Source of the DNA: Bdellovibrionales bacterium
GTDB taxonomy: Bacteria; Bdellovibrionota; Bdellovibrionia; Bdellovibrionales; JAUICD01
DNA length: 64,000 nucleotides
Assembly (NCBI GenBank): GCA_965203275.1
Contig: OZ241865.1
Span: forward strand, 2,240,001-2,304,000
Direction of reading: 5' to 3'
The translations under genes and the position numbers were made by a program. Shown here in pieces: positions 21,735 to 31,795 of the stretch. The notes under the pieces were generated by a model, which was not told where the DNA came from, did no database searches, and worked only from the letters and a program-made list of their open reading frames with translations. How positions within the stretch are numbered: position 1 is the stretch's first letter; the number at the start of each line of letters is the position of its first letter.

Positions 21735-22225
21735 TTAATTTCAGGGTATTTGGTCTTTAGATAGTAGAAAAAGTACAAAGGAACAGCATGATTTTTTCAT
21801 AAAATTCTTTTCATTTGTGAAAAAGGTGTCGCAAAGTACCGATAAAAAGTATATAATGGATCTCATCACTAAAGCGATGACTTATTTTTATCAGTACAAT
21901 AATCAGTTAAGCAAAGAAGTTGTTCAATCAGCTTCAAAAGAAGTGACCCAACAATTAGGAGGAGAAGATCTTATGGAAGCATTTGACTTTACCATAGAAG
22001 GTACTATGAAAAAAGGCATTCAGATTGGCCAAGAGAAAGGCAGAGAAGAAGGTAGGCAAGAAGGTAGGCAGAAGGTAGGCAGAAGGTAGAGAAGAAGGAA
22101 AGCAAAGTATTATCTTAAAAATGCTTAAAAATAACATGGATATTTCGACTATTGCAAAAATCACAGAGTCCACAGAGAACAAAATACGAGAAATACAGAA
22201 AAAACTACAAGTTTCAAATTCCTAA
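21735..22225 (+). pseudogene. C-terminal remnant of an Rpn-family (PD-(D/E)XK putative transposase) gene, frameshifted in the EGRQ repeats
   Basis: KGIQIGQEKGREEGRQEG then KMLKNNMDISTIAKIT in another frame. Internal GGAGG-ATG at 21973. Confidence 0.75.
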
Positions 22226-22390
22226 AACATAGCTTTTCTTACTGATCATAGCTTATCTTAATCTTTTCCAGTGTGGATGATCACCAGGCTAGAGTTAAGA
22301 ATCAAGAACCTCCCAAAATATTTTATTTTGGATTACAAATATTTAGACAGTTCTCAAAGATTTTAATTTTAAGATTCTAACTTCTAGCTT

Positions 22391-23974
22391 CTAACTTCGA
22401 CTGATGTCATTAACAAAGGACCAAGACACATCAACACCTTTATTCTCTATATTTTGTATAGTTTTTAATAAGCTAATTTGTGAAAACAATGGCAACCTTT
22501 GAGTTTTTGTTTTTGCAATAATTAGATAATGTACATGAGGCTTTTCAAGTTTTTTTCTAGACAATTTTGTTGTTTTTTCAATACCTTTTATAAATGTTTC
22601 ATCTTTGCTAAGTAATAAAGATAAGGATACATCTCCTTGCTGGAACAAATGACTTAATCCTGATGAACCTTGATGTTTTATTTTGACATGTACAAAATAA
22701 GCTTTTTCATCAGAAGCACTGCATAAAAGGACATCACAAGGTTCTATTTTATCATAGCCACCCATTGGAATTAATTTCTTATCTAAACAATGTGCATTTT
22801 CCCATTTATTGGCCAATGCTTGATTGTATTCTGCTTCATTTTTGTGTTGATAGTCTATAAACTTTTTATCACTCAAATTTTCTTTTTTATATTTGCTTTC
22901 ATTAATTTTTTGTATTTTTTGAGATAATTTTTGATCTATTTTATACCAATAAGAGTTAGACAAATGATATTTTTTTTCTGATATAGAGCAGTCAAAAATC
23001 AAACACTCATAAACAGAGAATCTATTTGATTTACTGTCATTGCTATCAAATAAAATAATGTCCCATTTCTTTAAATTTTCAACATTTAAACTTTCAAGAA
23101 ATTTATCTTTTTGCAATAGTTCATAAAGCTTACTAATATCTAATTCTGTTATTGAATGTTTTTTTCGATTTTTAAAATTAATTTGATAAGAATTTACCAT
23201 TTGAAAATCAATCGGCTTTGGTATATCCAAATAGATATTATCAGATTGATCTTTCAGAAACCTAATTAGCTGATCATCGAGTTGGTTAATGATATCTTTA
23301 TCTTTTACTCTTTCGGTATAAAAAACTTCTGGAAATTCTTTTTCACAGTCTTTTTTCTCATATATTTCATAAAGTTTTTTACATAATTTATCTAAATCTT
23401 CTAGAGGTTGATCAGAATCTATTGTAATAGAATCCGATCCACTAATACTTGAAAATAGATCTTTGTATTTCTGTTTTGTTTTTCCTGTAATGCGTCTTAA
23501 AATATTGGAAAATTTATCTATATCATGTCCTGTAAGACTTGAATCTTGAGTTGTTTGAGTTCTTTTTTGCTTTGAGTGATCAGAAGGGATAAACACATCT
23601 GAACTTTTGATTTTGTCTTTATCTAAGGAGTTTAAAGCTGTCTTTAAACCAAAATCCCCGACAACTTTATTTTTATCTAGTGCGGTGCTACCATATCCAA
23701 AGCAAATAGCAAATACATATTGTGAATTGTAAGGAATGAATAAAACAGCACTTGCATTTGAGGTTTTAATCTCTATTCCTAGATATTTAGACCATAAAGG
23801 TTCAAGAGGTATATTTTTTTTAACAAATAACTTCCAGTTTTTGCCATATTTTTTTTCTTTTGGAACTTTTTCTGGTTTAAATTTGGAATCGTCTTTTAAA
23901 AATTTGGAAAGATCATGTCCTGCCTCTGTCTTTAATAAAACAATAGATAATTTTTGCTTCTTAGTCTTGTTCAT
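22391..23974 (-). CDS. TIGR04141/DUF6119-like sporadically distributed protein with C-terminal PD-(D/E)XK nuclease-like domain
   Basis: FAICFGYG, DFGLKTALN, E..YN, IEPCD...HVK, GLSHLF.QG motifs. Confidence 0.75.
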   Translation of the reverse strand: MNKTKKQKLSIVLLKTEAGHDLSKFLKDDSKFKPEKVPKEKKYGKNWKLFVKKNIPLEPLWSKYLGIEIKTSNASAVLFIPYNSQYVFAICFGYGSTALDKNKVVGDFGLKTALNSLDKDKIKSSDVFIPSDHSKQKRTQTTQDSSLTGHDIDKFSNILRRITGKTKQKYKDLFSSISGSDSITIDSDQPLEDLDKLCKKLYEIYEKKDCEKEFPEVFYTERVKDKDIINQLDDQLIRFLKDQSDNIYLDIPKPIDFQMVNSYQINFKNRKKHSITELDISKLYELLQKDKFLESLNVENLKKWDIILFDSNDSKSNRFSVYECLIFDCSISEKKYHLSNSYWYKIDQKLSQKIQKINESKYKKENLSDKKFIDYQHKNEAEYNQALANKWENAHCLDKKLIPMGGYDKIEPCDVLLCSASDEKAYFVHVKIKHQGSSGLSHLFQQGDVSLSLLLSKDETFIKGIEKTTKLSRKKLEKPHVHYLIIAKTKTQRLPLFSQISLLKTIQNIENKGVDVSWSFVNDISRS

Positions 23975-24289
23975 TCATTTATTCACTTTTATTTAAAGTA
24001 CCATTGGATTTGATCATCTAACCGAGATTTTAAGCAATATTTTTCCTTCATAATTGAAAGATGATGGTGAATTGAGGGTTGTCAAGGTTGATTCAATTAT
24101 TTTTTTCACTTTCTGTAAGACAAGGCATTTTTTCCTTAACATGGTGTTAAGAGACAAGAGGGTCCTTCTCTACTAAAAGGCCTGAGTTTGATAGCCTGCA
24201 AAAATAAAATTGAGTAAAATCAGTACGTTATAAGCCGAGAGAGATTTTATGCCACTAGGATGTAAGCTTTTCATATTGTCATCATAAAT

Positions 24290-24356
24290 AAAACAAAAGG
24301 GCCGTGAGACCCTTTTGTTAAAAAAAACATAGGGACTTAGCAATAGTCCCTATGCT
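24290..24356 (-). terminator. Double hairpin terminator downstream of pilin (second copy at 62488..62552)
   Basis: AACAAAAGGG..CCCTTTTGTT and CATAGGGACT..AGTCCCTATG inverted repeats with A/T runs. Confidence 0.75.
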
Positions 24357-24395
24357 CATCATGCTTAAACTTTAAAATTAAAGGATCGTGTTTCT

Positions 24396-25112
24396 TTATT
24401 GTGTCCCGTCTTCCTCATTTTGCATTACTTTACCACTAGACATAGTCCACTCATCAGTTACAGCACCCCCTATATCTCCAGAGGCCCCTATAATAAAAGC
24501 AATATTGCCAGCACCTCGGACAGAATTATCTATGGCACTAGCTCCAGGTGTTGCTGCAGTAACTATCTGCCCTAAACAACTTGACCTATTTCCAGCTCCA
24601 TCATGCGGATCGCATAAAGTAGTACTCCCGGTGCAGTCGTTTGTGGCAACGGTCCATCCACAATATGTATTTCCTGACGCCTCCACGATTGAAGGCGTTC
24701 CAGCTGTAATACCATAAGCTGTATCGAATGCTTCATGTGTACTTACCTTATCAACATCAGCAGCTGTTTGTGGAAGTGGTCCTCGAAAACCCGCTGGCCG
24801 GGTTATTGTATTTACGTTATTATTGGTAGTGGTTTTTTGAGCTGCCGCCCATCCAGCATTATAAGTTACAGCTCCGTCAGTATTAAAGCCTAACTGTACC
24901 AAACTCGCTGTTCCAACTCCCCATTCAGAAATAAAAGCTATTTCAGTTGCATATATACCAGAAAGAAGTGTCTTCGCTTCTGTTTGCATTGCCCTTCTTT
25001 GGAATTGAGCATATTGTGGAATAGCCACAGCGGCCAGAATTCCAATAATAGCCACGACGACCATTAATTCAATTAAACTAAAACCTTTTTGATTCTTAAT
25101 TAAACGTTCCAT
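24396..25112 (-). CDS. pilA: Major type IV pilin, cassette 1
   Basis: GGAGG RBS then [34 protein letters not shown]. Confidence 0.85.
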   Translation of the reverse strand: MERLIKNQKGFSLIELMVVVAIIGILAAVAIPQYAQFQRRAMQTEAKTLLSGIYATEIAFISEWGVGTASLVQLGFNTDGAVTYNAGWAAAQKTTTNNNVNTITRPAGFRGPLPQTAADVDKVSTHEAFDTAYGITAGTPSIVEASGNTYCGWTVATNDCTGSTTLCDPHDGAGNRSSCLGQIVTAATPGASAIDNSVRGAGNIAFIIGASGDIGGAVTDEWTMSSGKVMQNEEDGTQ

Positions 25113-25131
25113 AATAACCTCCACGGTTTAA

Positions 25132-25340
25132 TTCACTAAAAGTGGTCTAGCCTCTGGCTACTTTTGGGCAATGACCGCAAAGGCTTTCGCCTTTGACAAA
25201 ATGGTCATTGCCTCAAAAGCCTGACCACTTTTAGTAGGAAGGATACTTTCGTTTCTTAACACTATGTTAAGGAAAAAGTTCCTTCTGTTGATTTCCTTTT
25301 CACTCAAAGTAAACCAGCTTCTGGTCACTTTTAGTGAAAC
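25132..25340 (-). repeat. Dispersed structured element inserted upstream of pilin RBS
   Basis: Full reverse copy at 25132..25274 plus a partial copy. Confidence 0.9.
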
Positions 25341-25352
25341 ATTCTAAACGAC

Positions 25353-25769
25353 CTAGTGATTTCAATGACTTAGTACTGTGACTTTTGTATAAAAGTCACA
25401 ATTTGAAAAAGCAAAAAACAGGCAAATTTTTGCAAGAAAATTGTTTTGAAAAATAAAACAAAGCAAAAGTTATAAAACACAAATGAAAAACCATTACTTA
25501 TTTTTCTGATCTTATGTTTTTAAGATTAGTAAAGTGTTTCAAGATGATACAAAAATTTTAAAAAGTGATTCTTTTTGATACAAAATGTCACTTTTTTTGA
25601 TTTTTTTTAACAAAAATATAAAGTTTTATGTCATAATAAACGATAAGAATTGTGTTAGACGAAAAATTAGAAATTTCTAAAGTCGACCTAAAAAAGTCTA
25701 ACAATTACAAACACTTAATACTGTGACTTTTATACAAAAGTTACAGTATTAACTTATTGAAATCACTAG
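25353..25769. promoter_or_regulatory. Pilin upstream region bracketed by 48-bp inverted repeats
   Basis: 25353..25400 versus 25722..25769, 44/48 complementary. Each contains a TGTGACTTTT-N4-AAAAGTYACA palindrome and an IHF-like site. Confidence 0.65.
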
Positions 25770-25829
25770 ATTTCCAATTTTCAAATACCCTTTTCCCTAT
25801 CTTTTAGAAAAATTCCCAAAAGACGAACA

Positions 25830-26383
25830 TCTTGTTTCCCTAACATTGTGTCAATCCGGGATCTGGGATCCGGGATCCAGCAACCCGGCATCTGGTCCTA
25901 GAAATGAACTTTTTCCTTAACATCGTGTTAAAAAACGAGGAGATCCTTTCTACTAAAAGTGGTCAGGCTTTCTAGGTTGCCAGTAGTGATGAAGGAATTT
26001 TTTCCTTAACATGATGTTAAAAAAGGAAGAGATCCTCCCTACTAAAAGTAAACGGACTTTTGAGGCAATGACCATTTTGCCAATGGCAAAAAAAGTGAAA
26101 TAAATATCTTGTTTCCTTAACATGGTGTTAAGAGACAAAGAGATCCTTCCTACTAAAAGTAAACGGACTTTTGAGGCATTGCTCTTTTAATATAATTTTG
26201 AAAGCATTGTGTTTCCTTAACATGCAGTAAAAAAATGAAGAGATCCTCCCTACTCAAAGTGAACAGGCTTTTGAGACAATGACCATTTTGTCAACGGCGA
26301 AAGCCGTTGCGGTCATTGTCCAAAAGTGGCCAGAGGCCAGTTCACTTTGAGTGAAACAGAGGCTAGTTTACTTTTAGTGAAAA
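25830..26383 (+). repeat. Cluster of dispersed structured elements abutting the CRISPR array
   Basis: Several 5' modules and a full copy at about 26213..26355. Confidence 0.9.
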
Positions 26384-28103
26384 CAGTAGGAAGGGTTTTG
26401 ACTTATGCTTATGAAAGTTCCAGGTTTAGTTGCAGGAACTGTTGGTAGAGGAGTTTCAGTAGGAAGGGTTTTGACTTATGCTTATGAAAGAGAGGCTGGA
26501 TGGGAACATTTATTGACGAATTACAGTTTCAGTAGGAAGGGTTTTGACTTATGCTTATGAAAGTTGTTAAGGGATATATTGATGGTCGCTTCTTTACAAG
26601 TTTCAGTAGGAAGGGTTTTGACTTATGCTTATGAAAGCGAATATATTATGCATTTAGATACACTTACAACAGGTTTCAGTAGGAAGGGTTTTGACTTATG
26701 CTTATGAAAGCAAAGAAAGGATGGGCATCGGCAAATCCTTTTTATAGTTTCAGTAGGAAGGGTTTTGACTTATGCTTATGAAAGTTTATACAGGCAACAA
26801 AGCACTAAGACTTAAACGCGTTTCAGTAGGAAGGGTTTTGACTTATGCTTATGAAAGCCGGAAGAGTTGATCAGTATATTTGGGATAAGTTTGTTTCAGT
26901 AGGAAGGGTTTTGACTTATGCTTATGAAAGCTTCCCGTATAGCTTTTTCTGCATTGCTTTATGTTGTGTTTCAGTAGGAAGGGTTTTGACTTATGCTTAT
27001 GAAAGCCTACACACCGCCTTTATGCGTGGTAGTGAAAGGTTTCAGTAGGAAGGGTTTTGACTTATGCTTATGAAAGCTCACAAACGCACTTTCTTTGTCT
27101 TGATCTTGAAAGGTTTCAGTAGGAAGGGTTTTGACTTATGCTTATGAAAGAGACCTTGACGATAGTGATGGCAGTGAAATTGATAGTTTCAGTAGGAAGG
27201 GTTTTGACTTATGCTTATGAAAGTCAGTTCAGTTTACTAAGTTAAATGAGATATTTAGTTTCAGTAGGAAGGGTTTTGACTTATGCTTATGAAAGTGCAC
27301 TTCAAGCGGTCTAATGACCATCTTAGTTTTAGTTTCAGTAGGAAGGGTTTTGACTTATGCTTATGAAAGGAAGAGCCTGGTGATGGTGACTTAACACTTG
27401 CAGGGTTTCAGTAGGAAGGGTTTTGACTTATGCTTATGAAAGGTGATAATTGGTGATGAGATATTGGGTAAGCAATTAGTTTCAGTAGGAAGGGTTTTGA
27501 CTTATGCTTATGAAAGGAAGAGCCTGGTGATGGTGACTTAACACTTGCAGGGTTTCAGTAGGAAGGGTTTTGACTTATGCTTATGAAAGGTGATAATTGG
27601 TGATGAGATATTGGGTAAGCAATTAGTTTCAGTAGGAAGGGTTTTGACTTATGCTTATGAAAGGGGTTTATGATTCCGCAAAAGCTCAAGCTGAAATAAG
27701 TTTCAGTAGGAAGGGTTTTGACTTATGCTTATGAAAGTTAAACCCCGAAGCCGTCGCCCCACATGCAAATAGGTTTCAGTAGGAAGGGTTTTGACTTATG
27801 CTTATGAAAGCAAGGTCAATATGGTAACCTGTTAGGTTCTTAAAAGGTTTCAGTAGGAAGGGTTTTGACTTATGCTTATGAAAGCCAAAGTTAAATAAGA
27901 GACCTAAAGGTACACAAATGTTTCAGTAGGAAGGGTTTTGACTTATGCTTATGAAAGGTTGTATCTCTTTAGTTCTCTTTCCCTCGGTTCCTGTTTCAGT
28001 AGGAAGGGTTTTGACTTATGCTTATGAAAGGTCATTACGACAGCTTTTCTTACAGCTTTACGTATGTTTCAGTAGGAAGGGTTTTGACTTATGCTTATGA
28101 AAG
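26380..28103 (+). CRISPR. Type II-B CRISPR array, 24 repeats (first degenerate) and 23 spacers of 33-37 bp
   Basis: 38-bp repeat GTTTCAGTAGGAAGGGTTTTGACTTATGCTTATGAAAG. The GTTTCAGT start resembles the F. novicida repeat. Orientation inferred from tracrRNA pairing. Confidence 0.99.
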
Positions 28104-28237
28104 GCTTAAAATATCCTACGGATTGCAATGGGTTAGGGGTGATATGATGTGTTATTTTTCGAAGAAAAGTATATTGTAAAAAATATGCTTGATTTTGCGA
28201 AGACATTTTACCACCTCCTACTCATAGCTCTAGTAGC

Positions 28238-28391
28238 CCTATAGTATAAGTTAAATCTTTTAACCACTGTAATCATCTGATGATGTGATCAAATCATATA
28301 TAAATCATATATGATTTGTCATAAACAAAAGAGAACAAAAACTTAAGGGTTTTGTGACCAAGCCACTACCAAAGGTACGCTTGGTTTTTTT
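28238..28391 (+). ncRNA. tracrRNA-like RNA, divergent scaffold, copy A
   Basis: Anti-repeat AGTATAAGTTAAATCTTTTAACCACTGTAATC, then hairpins and an ACCAAGC..GCTTGGT-T run terminator. Confidence 0.7.
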
Positions 28392-28430
28392 ATACTCCTA
28401 TACTTTTCTATCATTGCAATAGTTTAAATC

Positions 28431-28496
28431 CTGAGTTTGATAGCCTGCCTGAAAAAAAGAAAATGTCCATATTCGCAAATCAACTGTCAAACTCAG
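28431..28496. mobile_element. 66-bp MITE-like element with 13-bp terminal inverted repeats
   Basis: CTGAGTTTGATAG ... CTGTCAAACTCAG. Related ends at about 8389, 8408, 24181 and 44067. Confidence 0.55.
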
Positions 28497-28518
28497 AATT
28501 GTGTTCAAGGACATTTTG

Positions 28519-28662
28519 TTTCCTTAACATCATGTTAAAAAATGAGGAGATCCTCCTTACTAAAAGTAAACGGACTTTTGAGGCAATCAGCCTTTGATCG
28601 ACGGCAAAAGCCGTCGGGCTGATTGCCCAAAAGCAACCAGAGGTTGGTTTACTTTTAGTGAA
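28519..28662 (+). repeat. Dispersed ~142-bp structured element
   Basis: Full copy between the two tracr-like duplicates. Confidence 0.9.
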
Positions 28663-28741
28663 AATCAGAAAAGTATATTGTAAAAAATATGCTTGATTTT
28701 GCGAAGACATTTTACCACCTCCTACTCATAGCTCTAGTAGC

Positions 28742-28884
28742 CCTATAGTATAAGTTAAATCTTTTAACCACTGTAATCATCTGATGATGTGATCAAATCA
28801 TATATGATTTATCACAAACAAAAGAGAACAAAAACTCAAGGGTTTTGTGACCAAGCCACTACCAAAGGTACGCTTGGTTTTTTT
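28742..28884 (+). ncRNA. tracrRNA-like RNA, divergent scaffold, copy B
   Basis: Near-identical duplicate of copy A (28667..28884 versus 28163..28391). Confidence 0.7.
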
Positions 28885-28954
28885 ATTTCTCTATCATTGC
28901 AACTTAATTGCAATACTGAAAAAGATTGTAGGCAAGCATAGGTTTTTTATACTC

Positions 28955-29533
28955 CTATACTTCTCTGTCATTGCAATAGTTTAAATATTCACATTGTCCA
29001 CATTGATGAGCCGTAGCATCACTTGGTGGTTTGTGGTTATCAAATAGCATTTTAAATATTTTGTCCACAATTAATTTTAACTTTTCACGTTTTTCATTAT
29101 CTATTTCAACGACTTTAAGCTTTCCATCTCCTGTTAAAATAAAACCATGACTTGCTTGTTTACTAAAATGTTTTTCAGCCAACAAAGCATAAGCTAGTAA
29201 TTGCATAATATGACCAGAATTAACTTTCTTGCCTAATTTATATTCAACAGCAAAAACACGATCAGGTGTTTCAATAATCAAATCAGATATGCCATGAAGC
29301 CTTAAAGTTTTATTTTTCAAATTTATATTATGATGTTTGATACCTTCTTTCAGGTGAAATCGAGATAAATTTCTTCTTTTAAATAAAATAGTCTCACGTT
29401 GATGATATGCACCACCTTGCTTTGACCAAAGTGGCTCTAAGGCTTTCATGCCAAGCAGTTCTCTATAATAAACTACTCTAGGACAAAAACACCACTGCCT
29501 TAATAAATTAATAGGTAAATTATAGTCCTCCAT
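28955..29533 (-). CDS. cas4: CRISPR-associated Cas4
   Basis: WCFCPR, GISD..VEYK, C..CEY..YC Fe-S cluster cysteines. Confidence 0.95.
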   Translation of the reverse strand: MEDYNLPINLLRQWCFCPRVVYYRELLGMKALEPLWSKQGGAYHQRETILFKRRNLSRFHLKEGIKHHNINLKNKTLRLHGISDLIIETPDRVFAVEYKLGKKVNSGHIMQLLAYALLAEKHFSKQASHGFILTGDGKLKVVEIDNEKREKLKLIVDKIFKMLFDNHKPPSDATAHQCGQCEYLNYCNDREV

Positions 29534-29837
29534 ACTCTCTCCAGTCTTTAAAATCATTTTTCTGATAACCTACACAAGTTGTATACTTACCAAAATAATT
29601 AATAGCAATAGGTGTGATCAAACATTTATCAGATGGTTCTAACGAATCCTTAACATGCCTAGCAATGGCATTGTATTCTGCCTTTGTTAAAAAGCCCCAA
29701 AACACTGATTTTTGTATAGGGAATAAACCATAATCTCGCAATATTTGAAATAACTTTGTCCTTTTTTTGTTCTCTTCAATGTCATAAGAGATTAAAAACT
29801 CACTTCTTATAGATTTGACAGGCATAATATTCACCAC
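29520..29837 (-). CDS. cas2: CRISPR-associated Cas2
   Basis: LISYDI..NKKR, YGLFPIQKSVFWG. Confidence 0.95.
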   Translation of the reverse strand: MVNIMPVKSIRSEFLISYDIEENKKRTKLFQILRDYGLFPIQKSVFWGFLTKAEYNAIARHVKDSLEPSDKCLITPIAINYFGKYTTCVGYQKNDFKDWREYGGL

Positions 29838-30795
29838 TTAAATAAATAAGGTTTATATTTTTGTCTTTCTTGAAAATAACCGCTTAAACGATAAACCTGC
29901 CTTTGAATAATATTTTCTAATCGCACTTTTTTCTTACGATAAAGATGCCTTTTTGCTAAAACTTTTTGAACTTCATTTATAAGTTCTTTTTTAAGAGATG
30001 GCTCCAGAAACTTTTTATCAGAAGCATTTTGACGTAACTTGATCACAGCACGATCCACAACTTGAGCTCTATATTCTTCCATTAAATCTAAAACCAAAGA
30101 AGGTTTCCCTGGGCGTTGAACATGGTAAAAACCAAGGTAAGGCTCTAAGCCAGCATTCACAATAGCATTGAAAATATAACTACTTAAAATAGCATATCCA
30201 AAGTTCAACATAGCATTGGCAATCTCTTGACTACCACGCCCTTCCCTTGTTTTAAAACTTGATGGCAAAAGTTGACTTTGAACAAGAGCTTGAAAATAAC
30301 TTTTAGAAGCAAAGCCTTCTATACCTAAAAGCCTTGTTATATCTTCACTTCTACTAGCTGTATTAGCTTGCTCTTTAAGGATTTCAGAAGCATCAAATAA
30401 GGCCTGATGTTTATGATATTTGTTTAAATGATTTAAAACTGCACGTTGATTACGTATTTTCCCGTAAACAACTTGACGTGATAAAGCAAGATTTCTTTCA
30501 TCACAAGCCTTGATTTGACCTTTCTTACTGCAACCACTGCATGTTGATGACTTGCTACAAGTCCGCTGTGAGCTACACCCCTAAAATCAAGAAAGAATAA
30601 TTTAATCCCTCTTAAAGTAAAAGATTCTATAAGGTCACTCGAAAAGGTCACCCCACGTTTGGCAATAGACAAAGTCGAAAGGCGATTTAAAGGGAAGATA
30701 TATTCCGAAGGTGATTTATTTTTATTGACTACAACTAGTAAGCCACTACGAATCCCTACATAAGTTCCATAATTAAATATCACTAAATGTTTCAT
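29831..30795 (-). pseudogene. cas1: CRISPR-associated Cas1, split by a single 1-nt frameshift near 30521
   Basis: Adding one A at AGA-AAG-GTC gives a continuous frame: RKGQIKACDERNLALSRQVVYGKIRNQ...LLGIEG...NAMLNFGY...GFYH...LDLMEEYR. Confidence 0.92.
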
Positions 30796-30970
30796 TGACC
30801 TTATCTTACAATATCTTATAATAAAAAACCGGTCGTATAAACTCCCGGATGAAAATTTCGGATGAATATTTTTTAATTCTTTATTGTTCTTAGAATAGCA
30901 TATTTTTACAAATAAATCAAATAAAAAACAATTCTAAGACAAGTTTTATCATATTGAGACATTATGGATT

Positions 30971-31795
30971 TTATTTTAAGGAATTATCATTTTTAAAGAC
31001 AGCCTGCAAAAGAGCTTGTTTGACTTTTTCGTTTAAACTTGAACCTATGTATTCAATGGGTTGATTAATTTCTTTTAATTTGTCTAAATCACTGGTTGTT
31101 CTTGCCTTTGTTAAAGGATCGTTTTGAATGACCTGAATACTTTCATCATTTAATTGATCTATGGGAGTTAATTTTATTTTAGGTCTTGTGACATTATCAA
31201 TTTGATATTCTAGTTTTTTTACAAATGATTTTAACTCTTTGTGATCATCTAAGTTGATATTAATCCAGGAGTCAGGGATATGTTTTATATGATCTTTTTC
31301 AAGAAAAAAATCTTTAGTATCTTTAGTATTCAAGTTTAATTTGAATTGTTTCTTAGAGCGGAAGGGCTTATTGATAACTTTTTTCAATTCACCTTTAGTT
31401 CTATTAATAGCAAAGCTAGAGAATTTATTCCCATCTTTTTTTGAATTAGAATCACTCCATATCTGATATATTGGTTTTTTATTCCAAGAAGTTCTTTTTT
31501 GAAGTGTGTGTCCTCCCTTTGTAGGCACTGGTAAAGAAAACATTTTTCTAACTTTTTGATGTTGATGATATTTTTGATTTTTAAAAATAAGATGATCCTT
31601 TAGAAAATCTTTAAGTGATAATTTAGGGTTTTGATTTCTTTTTTCTTCCCAATCTTTATGTAACCTATACCATTGCTCTTTAACTGGCAAAGTTAATGTT
31701 TTCTTTTCTATTTTAATTTCAAAAGCTTCTTTTTTGATCATTTGAGCTTTGCAGTGTAGCTGATCAGCTATACACTGAAGCTTTTTTAAATCCAA
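30971..31795 (-). CDS. Stand-alone Cas9 C-terminal (WED/PAM-interacting) domain ORF
   Basis: TLPVKEQWYRL, HQKVRKMFSLP, KRTSWNKKPIYQI and YQIDNVTRPKIKL match the FnCas9 C-terminus (recalled). Possible ATG at 31741. Confidence 0.85.
   Translation of the reverse strand: MDLKKLQCIADQLHCKAQMIKKEAFEIKIEKKTLTLPVKEQWYRLHKDWEEKRNQNPKLSLKDFLKDHLIFKNQKYHQHQKVRKMFSLPVPTKGGHTLQKRTSWNKKPIYQIWSDSNSKKDGNKFSSFAINRTKGELKKVINKPFRSKKQFKLNLNTKDTKDFFLEKDHIKHIPDSWININLDDHKELKSFVKKLEYQIDNVTRPKIKLTPIDQLNDESIQVIQNDPLTKARTTSDLDKLKEINQPIEYIGSSLNEKVKQALLQAVFKNDNSLK

Noticed and set aside
25405..25435. Sigma54 promoter for pilin
   Set aside because: TTGCCTGTTTTTTGC lacks the -24 GG and is not conserved in the second cassette.
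26845..27048. ORF within the CRISPR array
   Set aside because: Chance reading through repeats and spacers.
26418..28065. Self-targeting spacers within this window
   Set aside because: By eye I found no convincing match (spacer 19 shares only a short AGCCGTCG with the element). A computational search is still needed.
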